A stretch of DNA of 64,000 nt, from the NCBI GenBank assembly GCA_951406725.2, contig OX597814.1, positions 210,924,001-210,988,000 on the forward strand. Reading direction: 5' to 3'. Position 1 is the stretch's first letter, and the number at the start of each line of letters is the position of its first letter. The position numbers and the translations under genes are program-made. The notes under the pieces were generated by a model. That model ran no database searches and was not told the origin of the DNA. It was given only the letters and a program-made list of their open reading frames with translations. This DNA comes from Octopus vulgaris (Eukaryota). This document shows positions 30,381 to 43,199 of the stretch, piece by piece.

Positions 30381-32226
30381 GAGAGAGACGACCACGCATA
30401 ATAAATGTAGCCTAAAAGCACTTTGAAAATACTATAAAACTTAACACATATGCTAAAGAAGCAAAGCATCGCAGCAAATCAAAGTGGAACATGAATAATA
30501 GAGCCAACTTCGAAAATGATCGAGAATACTATAGAAATCACCATAGAAACACTACTAAATTCACGGCCAATAGCAGAGCATAAGCTTCACCCATACACCT
30601 AACAAACAGAATAAAAGCACACATAGATCAATAAGATATAACTTTGAGTTTGACCTAAGAGAAGTAATAAATTGGAAAAGAACATTACAAAATCGATTGA
30701 CATAGATGAAGGTAAACACATGATCAAGCTACACACGAGCAAGCAACTCCATGAAAGTATCAATAAATGTAGCAAACATCAGTCATAATCATGTCGATGT
30801 CTAAAAAAACCACTCTAATAACTGGTTGATAGTGTCTATTCAATTGTAGTGTGAATATGCAAGAAACAATTGTCTTCATTCTACTGCATCAGATTCTCAG
30901 GCGTGACCCGACTAAAATTAGAAAGTTTGCAGTTTTTAAAAACTTTATAAAGAAAACGCCTATCCATACTAAGCAAACCTGAACAAAGATAATACCAAGT
31001 TTAAGAAAGGATACAAAACAAAACCCACCTGAATAGCTCAGAAATAGTAAGTAGCATAAAGTAATTTTAAAAGCTTGAACCATTTACCGAAGGAGAACAA
31101 TGAGAGACAAAGTGTATCAGAACAGGAAATATATATCTATGCAAAATCAAAATACTTAGTAAAACATTAAAACACTATAAGCAAATGCAACCCGTCTGGG
31201 TGCCAAAATGTCCCCTATTTTATTCATTTAACATGTATCCTAGAAGTATTGTGTCAGCATTCGATTAATTGTTTAGCGGACTAGAATCAGTAATTGGTTT
31301 CATAACGGACAGAAACAGCATGAATTACTAAATGCGTCATTAGCAATGGCGTATTCAATTGTTCATCTATATGTTAATTGCGATCAGCATACAAGGCCCC
31401 TGAGTCGCTATGCAACAAAATTTCTGTAACTCGGGTTTGAAAACAATATGGTTTGAGAAAAGCAGAATTTCTGCACTGAAGAGACATATTGCACATAACA
31501 GGAACGGTTAAACGAAGATATAGAATACAGAATACAACAAAACAATCGTTAGCAGAACTGGAGTGTTTATTGAAAAGTAGATGACAGCAAGTAGTATTTT
31601 AAAGCACTAGAAACGGTCTATATAACTTAAGTACCTGAAACGTTATGAAATCACATAAAACATTCTGTGCTAAAATAGGAAACAGCAACATCACTACAAG
31701 GCAAATAGGTGATATATAAAACCATATTTTTTGTATATCTCAAGAGGAGTATTTGTGGGCGATAATTTATTCTCTACGCTTTCACCTAGCTTTTAGTGCA
31801 TTAACAGATCTGTTGAAGGAAGACAATAATACTTATAGAGGCTCCAGACAATGTAATACCCACCTTCTCGATGGATGGATCGAAAATGCTTAAAAACTAT
31901 AAAATCGTGCTGAGAATCTTCTCTAAGGATGGATCGAAAATGTTTAAAAGTAGAAACAGAGTTGAGAAACTTGCTATAATTTGTCATAAATTCAGCCGAC
32001 ACATGAATATATACGATTATATAACAGTCAATAGTAATATATGAAGGAGCTAATGAACAAAAAATGAGAATATTCAATTCGGCCCAAGCAGAAATTAATA
32101 TTAGATGGGAACTATTGATACAAATGCGTACGAAATTTCGCTGATAAAATGTCAAATAAGGCTATGGTAAGGACAATTATAAAAGGTCGCATTGCAGAAA
32201 CCTCTTAATGAAGGAATCGTATAGGT

Positions 32227-32264
<38 letters not shown>

Positions 32265-32752
32265 CCTCCCAGCTATAAGATCTAACTTCAACGCAATATG
32301 TGAAATATTATGTAAGGTGAAACCTTTAGACAGAGAAGACTAGAAAACTACTGACAGAGTTCAGAAATCATCCAGCCCGGAGCAAATATAGAAAAAGTAT
32401 ATATACCACGTTCTCAGGTAAGTTGCGCTCCGATAAAAGTAGAACATCTATTACACAAAAAAATAATAAAATAGGATTAGAATTGGAATCGGAGCAAACC
32501 AATGGGAAGTGATTAATAAGCGTTAGAGCAAGACACGAAAACCATGAATCTAATTCTTTCTTCTCCCTGGGTAAAATCAAATTTAGACTGGGAACTAACG
32601 CCACTGAATAGAGTATATCAACGTGAAGACAACGATGGAGGAGAAAAATGAAAGTGAAATTCCAAAATACACTCAGGAAAACGAAAGGAGAAATGCTATA
32701 AGACAGAGCAATGCAAAAGTTAGCGGAGAAAATAACCGAAAGTAAAATTCTA

Positions 32753-33151
32753 TCTTTATAAAAGTGAAGTTGTGTGGTGTCTGTCTCCTATGATTTAGAT
32801 TCCTAACTACTCCCACATTTTGCGGTGCAGTTTAACCAAAACCGGGTATCTTATAGTCGTGATTCATATCGAGCCCTTCTGGGTATTAGCGCGCGTCTAC
32901 GATGAGTGTACGATTAAAAAAAAAATTACCATCATTTTTTTTTCCGTTTTAATGCATTTTTTTCGCTATTATATAAAGGAAGTAACTCTCTGAAAATGTC
33001 TACGATGAGTCAACGATTTAAAAAAAATCTACTATCATTTTTTTTTTCCATTTTTAGTGCATTTTAAAAAATTTTTTGGCTATAACTCTCTAAAAATGCT
33101 TATATAGTTATTTCCCTTACAAACCCGAGCAACGCCGGGTGATACTGCTAG
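32753..33151 (+). mobile_element. Non-autonomous Helitron, same family as 29448, opposite orientation
   Basis: A|TCTTTATAAAAGTGAAG ... cccgagcaacgccgggtgatactgCTAG|T. Internal duplication of tacgatgagt...aaaaa...atcattttt. Confidence 0.9.
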
Positions 33152-33619
33152 TTATGTATAAATTACTCTGGGCTGAGCATTAAAATGTTCTAATATTAAT
33201 AGATATTAAAAACGACAAAACAATGTGTAGCCACCAGCATCTAAGACACTAAAACAAAACTCTAAATTACTGACTCCAACATCTGTTCTAAAACTATTGA
33301 CGGTGTCATGTTCGACGTTGTAGTCAACGCTGACTGTATTGACAGTCACAACGGCGTCGGAAGATACAAAGCCACTGTCATATCTACACGAACTGATAAG
33401 TGGTATTGACGTGCGCGAAACGCCGTAACTGACAGCTGTATTTATATCAAAACTGACAACGATATATCAAATCAAAATTTAATCATAGACATGGGCGAAA
33501 ATAACATTACAGTGAAACGAAATGTTTCACTACAAGACAATCGCTAATGTTAACAAAGTATTGTTTTAGATGTAGTTGCCTTTCTTTATAAACTATTGCT
33601 ATTTGAAGTGCAATATTTG

Positions 33620-34060
33620 CCAACTTTGCCCAAACGACCTAAACATTAGCTTCAAGGTTCATCCGAGACTTGGACCACGGGCTATACGTCCCCTGCCAAA
33701 TTCAAGATCACAACATACATGTACACTGCAACATAATTTCTTTTCCTCAACAGGCCCTGCCCTATTTAACATTGTCCCGAGGGAGATCAAAGAGGAAAAG
33801 GATCCCATCAACTTCAAACAGAGTCTGGATAGATTCCTTCAAAGAATACCAGACAAGCCACCCATAATCGGATACAACTCACCCAACAAGAACTCACTAC
33901 TTGAACAAAACTGGATACAACTCACCCAACAAGAACTCACTACTTGAACAAAACTTGACTTAAACAGGATTCGAATAATCCTATCAGGTGGTGCTATTAA
34001 GTTAGACATGGCCTGGACCAATCTCTGGTCGAAACATATCTAAGTTTTTATCTAAGTTTT
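33620..34060 (+). pseudogene. CR1-clade LINE 3' end (5'-truncated)
   Basis: ORF 33576-33947 carries HNFFSSTGPALFNIVPREIK...FKQSLDRFLQRIPDKP...NSLL. Short 3' UTR ends in a tatctaagtttt repeat. Confidence 0.8.
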
Positions 34061-34786
34061 AATATAAGTAGTTTCAATTTAGCTTTTTAAAAAAAAGAAT
34101 TAATGTAAATATATTTTGTTAAATTAAAAATAGAGAACGTTTTGTTGATTTTATAATTTTCTTTACTTTTATTGTTTTTGACGGGGATATTTTGTTGCTA
34201 TACCACATTTTACAAGAGAAGGCATTTGCATTCAAACACTGTAAGAGATATTTGTGGTGAAAAGGTGGGATATTTGACTTTGTCAACAATAGTAAGCGTT
34301 TTGCTTAATTAAAAGAAAATCTTAAACATTAAATATTAATGCTACACGTTTCCGCTGGAAGATAGTTTTGCTTTAGAAAGTACATGAGATCATGACACCT
34401 CTTTTCTTGTTCTTTCTGACACACAATGTGTCTGTGTATATTTACCAATGTAAAGAACAAAAGGAAACTTTTATACTAGTAACATGCTGAGAGTCAACTT
34501 AGAATACTTATGGAAGATAGGCACTAAATAAAATGGGCACAGAAAAGATATTACTTTATTCCTTTATTCGTTTAAGCGATGCGGCTGCGATCATGCTGGG
34601 GCATCACCTAAAAAAAATATCTAAACATATCTAGTGTAGCACCAGTACGTTCGATATGGCATCTGTTATCCAACTGTATTTCCTCTCCTGCGTTGGAGAG
34701 ACAAAGGGAAATTAATTTTATTGATGCAATACAGGAACAAGAACAACTACAATAAAGATACATAATGATAGCGACAATGGCAATTC

Positions 34787-34902
34787 TAAGTACAAGGCTT
34801 GAGATTTTGTGAGAGAGGGCTATTTGATTGGTACTTATCTTATGAACAAAATGCCGCTCGAATTTTACTCAGCGTCCTAATGATTCTGCCAGCTCACCGA
34901 CT
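34787..34902 (-). mobile_element. SINE family B fragment
   Basis: ctaatgattctgccagctcacc is the reverse complement of the family head; internally deleted. Confidence 0.55.
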
Positions 34903-34936
34903 CTACTACTACTACTACTACTACTACTACTAGTAA

Positions 34937-34974
<38 letters not shown>

Positions 34975-35020
34975 ATTAATGTTATCATCAATAACAATAG
35001 TGATAATAATAGTAATATTA

Positions 35021-35091
<71 letters not shown>

Positions 35092-35133
35092 AATAATAAT
35101 AATAATAACAATAATAATAACAATAATAATAAT

Positions 35134-35430
35134 AGGAGTGGTGTGTGGTAAGTAGCTTGCTTACGAACCACATGGTTCCACTTGGTTCTGCGTGGCACCT
35201 TGTGTGTGTATACGTTTGTGTGTCTGAGTTTGTCCCCCCAACATCGCTTGACAATCGATGCTGGTGTGTTTACTTGCTGTAACTTAGTGGTTCGGCAATA
35301 GAGACCGACATAATAAGTACTAGGCTTACAGAGAATAAGTCCTGGGATTGATTTGCTCGACTAAGGGCGGTGCTCCAGCATGGCGACAGTCAAATGACTG
35401 AAACAAGTAAAAGAATAAAAGTGTAAAGAG
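35134..35430 (+). mobile_element. SINE family C with internal deletion
   Basis: aggagtggtgtgtggtaagtagcttgc ... gggcggtgctccagcatggcgacagtcaaatgactgaaacaagtaaaa matches the 48946 copy. Confidence 0.88.
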
Positions 35431-35434
35431 TAAT

Positions 35435-35631
35435 CCTTTCTACTATAGGCACAGGATGGGAAATTTTGCGGGAAGACTACATCGGTGCCAGTGTTTCACT
35501 GGTACTTAATTTATAGATCTCGAAGGAATGAAAGAATTCCTCAGAATTTGATCTCAGAACGTAAAGACGTGGGAAATGCTGCTAATCATTTTTTTCCTGT
35601 CGCACTAACGACGCTGCCAGCTCACTGCCTT
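35435..35631 (-). mobile_element. Diverged SINE family B
   Basis: Reverse complement gives aaggcagtgagctggcagcgtcgttagt...aaattaagtaccag...cctatagtagaaag. Confidence 0.75.
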
Positions 35632-35632
35632 G

Positions 35633-35704
<72 letters not shown>

Positions 35705-35725
35705 GACGACAACAACAACAGCAGC

Positions 35726-35780
<55 letters not shown>

Positions 35781-35805
35781 TTAATAATAATAGTAATGAT
35801 GATGG

Positions 35806-35843
<38 letters not shown>

Positions 35844-36355
35844 GTGATAAAAATAATAAGAAGAAAACGAACACTGTCTGAATGATGAAGGGCACCAATA
35901 ACAAAAGAGCCAAGACCAACTGCCAAATAATTAAGCAAACTGAGTGCAGTGGAACTTGATAAGATTCACAGTAATTAGAAAATAAGCGAAGCCTGCTGAG
36001 TAATCGACAAAGATTTTTACTGTTGCAGAATAAAAAAGGAGAAATGGCAATAGAAATGTTTCAAAGAATTGTAAATAATGATCTTATAGGATATGCCAAT
36101 ACATTCACAAACGGAAAAAATCATCGCATATTTATCAAATGTTGTTTTCTAACACCCGTTGGATAGAAATACCCCCTAATTGAGGTATAAATCCCTAAAC
36201 ATTTTTTGCATATGTCTTAAAGAAATGTTGAATTAATCCAAATATAAAAAATGTAGAGAGGGTGGAAAGCAGAATTGGAACCCTAAAAGAGAAATACGTA
36301 ATAAGCGTCCTTAGAATGATAAGAAAATGAACGTCATTACCAAAATTCCAGTAAA

Positions 36356-36573
36356 GCAATCCCTTGCCATTTCGCGGTTCACCTATCACGGCTCATCTAT
36401 CGCGATTTATTATTTGAGCTTACGTCGATTCATCCATGGGGTTATTTTGCATTTATGATAAAATAAATATATACAAATTATTAAAATGATTAAAATATAT
36501 ATACAGTACATTACCGTTTCATCTCTCGCGATGAATTTCAAACGTAACACCCGCGATAGATGTGGACATACTG
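36356..36573. mobile_element. Possible Tigger/pogo-type MITE
   Basis: Left end taaagcaatcccttgccatttcgcggt; right end ccgcgatagatgtggacatactgta (reverse complement tacagtatgtcc.catctatcgcgg). Imperfect TIRs with TA flanks. Confidence 0.5.
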
Positions 36574-37920
36574 TATTTACGAATAAACCTATTATGCATA
36601 CATATAGCATTATAGTCAAGACAGTGAATATTAAAAAAAGGGGAAAAATTCCTTACTCAAGGCAGAGATAGTTGCGCTGTGTACTGCTGTGAAAAATGTG
36701 CAAATTAAATATGAGTAAAGAAGAACAAAAATTATTATTTAAATTTACAGCGTGAGGCCACAGGATTTCTGGCTAGATTAATGGTCGACTGAGACGAACC
36801 CATAACTTGACGCAGAAGGATGAAAAGTAATGCTGAACAGTATTAATATTAAAAGCATAAATTTTCAATCGGAAAATTATGGACATTCTTATTGTAATAA
36901 TTGCCTTGATAGCACGAGAATAAATGCAGATAAAACCATTAAAAAAATATCCGTGACTTACATTTATGCTCAGAATTGTTCAAATATAACCACAATGCGA
37001 TGTACACATATTACGTTCAATATATGTTATACAATAGAGACATACAAATACAAATCTGCCCAAAATACGGGCCCAAGCCATACGAGACTAAACTCTGCTC
37101 CACAGTGAAAATACACAATAAGGATGGCTTCATTTGTATAGCTTACAAGATATAATCAATATTACGTAAAAGTGTATCGTAGCATGCCATTTACTTGCAA
37201 TGTGAATGTCAATTGCTCTATGTTTATAATGATCTTTACAGCTTGTGAAATCGATATATTACTCTTTATATCGAGTGTAGTAGCGGATGAAAATTCGTAT
37301 TCTCTTGAGTATCTGGGAGAGCAATTGTTGCAAGCAATACAGATGTCTAGAGCCGTGATGTTGAATAGATGGCAGCTTCTATAGATCGTTATATAAGGTG
37401 TTGTTTCCTTTTGATGTATATTTACAATCAATGATGAATTAATAAGGTAAAATATAATAATTAAATCATCAACATCCTGATGATTTATAATTTGTGAGTA
37501 ATTGCAACAAACGAGAGAAGGTTAATGGGAATAAGTTACTGAGCATATGAATAGAGTATTTTTGCATGGGTCCTTATGTTCTGAATACAAATCACTTCTG
37601 TTTTACAACTCATCATTTATAGCATATCCAAAACAATGTTTCTCGTACTTTCTAATACAATTTCTGTATTTAAACCTAACCCTTTGTCTTACTGATAAAG
37701 AGCAAACAAGAAACCCATGGTTTCGAGCCATAGAAAAATATATATTGTCATATTCTACGTGTAAATTATTACATTTATATCACACTGAATACACACGGCG
37801 TGCGCGCACATACGTTAACTCACTACAGCTACCACAGCGTTGAGAACTTAGAACCTAGTAGCAGATCAGTTGGTGCACTCACACTGCATACCTACTAGTT
37901 TAGATAACCAGTAACCTAAA

Positions 37921-38113
37921 TTCTTCTTCTTCTTCTTCATCTTGTTCTTCTTGTTCTTCTTCATCTTCTTGTTCTTCTTCGTCTTCTTCTTGTTCTTCTT
38001 CGTCTTGTTGTTGTTGTTGTTGTTGTTGTTCTTCTTTTTCTTCTTCTTCTTCTTCAGCTTCTTCTTCTTCATCATTTTCTTCTTCATTTTTTTCTTCTTC
38101 ATCATCCTCTTCT

Positions 38114-38145
<32 letters not shown>

Positions 38146-38180
38146 ACATTCTTCTTCTTCACCTTCTTCTTCTTCTTTCT
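37921..38180. repeat. (TTC)n/(TTG)n microsatellite
   Basis: Direct reading. Confidence 0.95.
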
Positions 38181-38194
38181 TTCTCTCTCTCTCT

Positions 38195-38247
<53 letters not shown>

Positions 38248-38279
38248 GATGCATACACACACACACACACATATTTATA

Positions 38280-39504
38280 TTGGGTCATCCCATAACTAAT
38301 GCATATCTTTCCAATTGCATGAACTAAAAGTCAGAGGAAGGGATTAAACTATCTGCATCAACTTGCTATAAAAGCAGGTAGTAATTCTACCTTGTACCTA
38401 TTCTTTATGCAAGTTTTGAAGAGTGCAGTTCAATTTTAACAGTTATTCTTTCAAAGCTATAATGGAAGTGACAACGGAACTTTGTCGGTATAATTTGGTT
38501 TATGAGTTCAATAAAGGCAACAGCGCAATGGAAGTTGCAAGAAGTAGTATTGCAGTATATGGGGATCGGACAATAAGCGTAAGCTAGTGTCAACGGTAGT
38601 TCCAGAAATTTCGAGCTGGAAACTACAGCCCCGAAGACGAACCTCGTCCTGGAAGATCTGTAGTGCTCGAGGGGAACGTCCTGCAAACCTTGGTGGAACA
38701 AAATCCCATCGTAACTGCTAAGTAACTAGCAGAAACACTTGGATTTGTTCATTCATGGATTCATCAACAAATTGGGTCAATCGCACGCAGAGAGTCAAAG
38801 TGTTCACTCCTTTGCTGCCACATCACATTTGAATAATTTTGGACTGAATAGCGACTGGTGATGAAAAATGGGTTCTCTATAGAAATATCAAGCGTTGAAC
38901 ACAGTGGGTAGGGAAAGGAGAAACACCGGCATCCCAAGTTATACGAGGTCTTCACCCGCATAAGGTGTTGCTATCTATTTTGTGGGATATGAAAGATTTA
39001 GTCCACTTCGAACTTTTAAACCGAAACCAAACGATAACAAAGGATAGCTGCTTCGAGCAGCTTAAGCGCCTTGAGTCTGCGCAAAAAGGAAAATAACCAT
39101 CTTTGATTTCAAGTCGAAGGGTGTCTTTCCATCAGCATAATGCTCGGCCACATACAGTGAGGATGACTTTCCAAAGGCTGGGACTGTTTGAATGGGAAAT
39201 GATGCGCCACCCACTATATTCGCCGGACATTGCCACATCTGATTATCATTTACTCCGTAGTCTTGAAAATCATTTGGATGGAAAAAATAAGAATTCTGGA
39301 GACGAGGTCAGAACAATACTGAAGGAGTATTTGTCGTCACGGACAAGTGAAGTTTGAAAGAGATGCCTTGCAAGTCTACCAGACAGATGGAAGAGCATTG
39401 TAGAAAATTATGGAGAGTATGTTTTTGATTAAAAAAGAACTTTATTTATCTTAATTTTGGAAAATAAAAGAATAAAAAACCGCATTATTTATGGGATGAC
39501 CTAA
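38280..39504 (+). mobile_element. Near-full-length inactive mariner (DD34D) transposon
   Basis: TA-flanked TIRs TTGGGTCATCCCATAACTAATGC and TTAGGTCATCCCATAAATAATGC. Transposase remnants ATGDEKWVLY, HQHNARPHT and HPLYSPDIATSDYHL with 34-residue spacing. Multiple stops and frameshifts. Confidence 0.95.
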
Positions 39505-41699
39505 TATAAGTATACAATTATATATGTCTGTGTTTCTGTCTTTGTGTGTGTATAACTATATGTATCTGTATATGTTTGTGCCAGCATATTTGTATATTTA
39601 TGCTTATATGTATAACTTATAACCCATACGAATATAGTATAATAAAGATTCACATATGACACCATGTACGTATCATTCCACATAGTTATGTAAAAAAATA
39701 TTATTATATTCTCATTATTTTCTCTCTAGAACAGAGATTATTTCTTGTTTAATATATTTCAAAGATATAAGGAATATATCTGTCGAATCGCTGCAACACT
39801 TCTAATGCAATACTTTCATCTTTAAGTACTACATATATATGTTCTCTAATGGATTTAGTTTCCATATCCTTGTAATATAGCTAGAGTTTCCTTTATTCCA
39901 TCTATATCTAAAGAAAATTCAATTTACGCAATTTTCTTTTCGTTTGGTTTTCGTGTACGTTGTGATCGGTAATGTAATAGAAGTGCAATTGAATGTAGTC
40001 GACAAAGAGGATAGACGAGCATTACGTTTATAGGGATGAATGATGACAGTGAGATAGGAGATAAGAGATAAGGCCAAATATCCACCCTTGGCTCAGTGCT
40101 TAATGGAAAACAAATTAAAAGTGATCGTAGAAACTTTAGGTAGCAGATACTTCCATAGTGTATCTGTCTGAATAAAGAATGTAGTTAAGGTCAATATATG
40201 ATTTGACTCCAATAACTGTTGTGTCCTTTTACAATGTTGTATTCAGAATTGGAATATTTATTGTTCTTATATATGCGTTAGGGATTTCATACATTATATT
40301 GACTTTGTTAAACTGTTAAATTGCGCAGCATTAGACAAAAGGAGAGCAAAGAGTGTGTGATAATCGTCTTTTAACATTTCCTGCTTGAAAGCTCAAAACA
40401 TTTTATCTATGGAACCCAATACTTGTTGTAGCTATTTAGATTATAATGTTCCTAGAATAAATGTAGCTTGCGTATTTCCTAAACTGCTTCTAGGTTTGAC
40501 AATGCAAAGCGCGGCCTTTCATGTATCATCTTTAATCGAGCGAATTGTGAAATACACCAATCTCGTTTCGCTTTCTTATTGATTAGCAGATGAACCGTTG
40601 AATAATAGTCGAACTATTTCTTAATAACTAATCCATTGTTGCAAAACTTCAACGCAACATTGATTCGGTTGCTATAAAAGGTATATTTTATGTGATCACG
40701 TGATAAGAGCTGATACATCTCAGCCTAATTAATCCGAAAAATATGACGCTTTTAAATGGATCATGTTTTGTTTAATGGTGACTCTGCGATTAATTGGGAT
40801 GTTTTTCCTGGGCAATATTCATGCTTGAATGCAGAACGTTTGTTTTCTGAATGGCACTTTGAAAATGTAAGGCTGTTTCACAATAAAACTCGTGTGCACA
40901 TATCAGTTTATAACACTACGTTGTTTAATTATTGAACACTCGTATATAAAGTATATATTTCTTCCTGATGAGCACCCTTAGCAATATGAATTTCCTTATA
41001 GTATTTCTTTCCCTATTACATTAGGCTAAAGTAAAGGTAAAAAATATATACGCAACATACACTCACACAGATATCCACAGACACGTATAACCATACAAAA
41101 ACATACCACGACACAGACACACATGCGAAAGCAGACATATACAAACACAAAGACACTTCAGCTATACATGTATGTGTTTGTTTGTGTGTTTGGATGTGAG
41201 TATGTGCCCGTGTATGTTGGAGGGACGTGTCTATGTGAGGATGTGTACAACCTAGGGCTTAATGTTATGACGTTTAGGTATCCGAGGAGCCGAAAATATT
41301 TAATCGTAAAATTATTCTCAGATAGAATCACAGTGAACCAGTGAGTGACAACGTTGTATTGAATTACAAGTACAACCTAACTGATGGCATTTTTACATTC
41401 TTTTCTTCCGTTGAATCTCAAGCAAAAATTGAAGGCAGAGGATTTAGTGATATAAGCAAGCGTGCATCCGTTACAGTTACGACCACGTGATCTGGTAGTT
41501 TCGACATTGGAGTTGGTGGGGATTTATCTCCCCGCTAACGGTATAAACAACCGTGCATATTGCACCAAAAATCTATATGAGAGCTTCTCATATGGTATCT
41601 AGCGCATTGAAGTTTGTTCTAAAAGAATATCCATTGCTCTAACAGAACATTCATGTTTAAGTGAGAATAAAAAAAAAGGTTATGTTTCGCAGCATGATA

Positions 41700-42280
41700 A
41701 TCTGGGAAAAGCTCCAATTAACAGTTCTTGCAAATTTCAACAAACTCATTGTATTATATGTTCATACCACCTTTGTTTGATAACAGGTTCTGAAGACTGG
41801 TCTGAAGGACGCCACCGGTATTTCGTATGAAGATAAGGAAAATAAACCCAATTTCCATCCCCAGCTACAATTCGACCTCAACTACGGACATTTCATGCAT
41901 TTGTCAGTAGTTGTTTGCAAATGTTTTCATGTCATTGAGCCTGCTCATAGGTCAGTTCATGAGGAGTTTCTTGACAGCGTCTATACTCATGGTCGAGGTA
42001 ATGGAAATGTCAGTTGATGCTTTGTGATAGATAAAGTTCTATCGACAACATATGTGAGGCTTGGTCCAACTTCAAGGCGCGTGTCACCTTTCTTTAAACG
42101 CCTGCACCACTTTTGAACCACACTTTTCGTTGACAGTGCCTTAGCCATTCCATCATCATATTTTTGGCTGCTGGCGTTGCACTCATTTCTTTATCTACAG
42201 GCATCACAAAATGGCTTTCATAACAGTTTTTTCACCGCCTAATACAAAAGTTGGATTGGGAAACTAGAGAACAAGTTGTA
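41700..42280 (-). mobile_element. Old mariner transposase remnant
   Basis: Minus strand gives GTVN..VVQKWCRRLKKGDTRLE and ETPHELTYEQAQ*HENICKQLL (WVPHEL-like). Confidence 0.6.
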
Positions 42281-42516
42281 CCAAATTAATGATATGCCAT
42301 GCAGGTACAATTTGCCATATGTATGTGTGTATGTGTGTGAGTGTGCGCGTGTGTATCTGTATAAGTGTACGTATATAATACAAGCGCACGAGTAGGTATA
42401 AATATATGGATTATTTATACTGGTATGCATATATGTGAATGTACACCGAAGTGCAAACACTCACATACAGATAGATAGATAGATAGATATATATATATAT
42501 ATATATATATAGATAA

Positions 42517-42576
<60 letters not shown>

Positions 42577-42943
42577 ACAGATAGATGCGTGTGAGTACAT
42601 ATGCATGTAATTATATATGCATTAATGATACTTATGAAGTAGGTTTGGATGGCTGTCATAGACGTAAAAGCTATATACAAACTAGAAATGGTGAACGGCC
42701 ATACTGGAATCGGAAGAACAAAATAACGGCTAAAGAATGTGAAGAAGGGGAGGGAATTAAAAATATTTTCTGTATATTTTGTTTCTGAGTTCATAATTCT
42801 CCTTCTTTTCCTTAAGCTTTTGCGTTTTCTCCCCACTCTTTTACCTCAAAGCTTTTGCTCGTACTTAATTTTTTCTATGTTTTCAATCCTTTGCTATGTT
42901 CGCAAATGAGGGAATTAGTCGTTAATAATTCACATCTATGATA

Positions 42944-42983
<40 letters not shown>

Positions 42984-43059
42984 CATATTTCAAGATGTGG
43001 TTTGGCACAACATCACTACAGGAATACATACATATATACATACAATACGTATATGTATG

Positions 43060-43099
<40 letters not shown>

Positions 43100-43144
43100 G
43101 TATATGTATGTATATATGTATATAGTATGTCAAACCAATTTGAA

Positions 43145-43185
<41 letters not shown>

Positions 43186-43199
43186 TAGATGTATATAAG

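Noticed and set aside
30480-32740. A-rich stretch resembling an old LINE ORF (also 24100-24800, 12800-13250)
   Set aside because: No diagnostic motif could be read with confidence.
33390-33435. Further hammerhead-like strings (CTGATAA...GAAACGCCGTA; also 28828-28880, 46657-46735, 60819-60855)
   Set aside because: Core mismatches or missing stems; could be decayed Penelope ends but not supportable individually.
39103-39357. Functional or domesticated mariner transposase (SETMAR-like)
   Set aside because: The second catalytic Asp reads His, upstream frames contain stops and deletions, and the ORF lies within TIRs.
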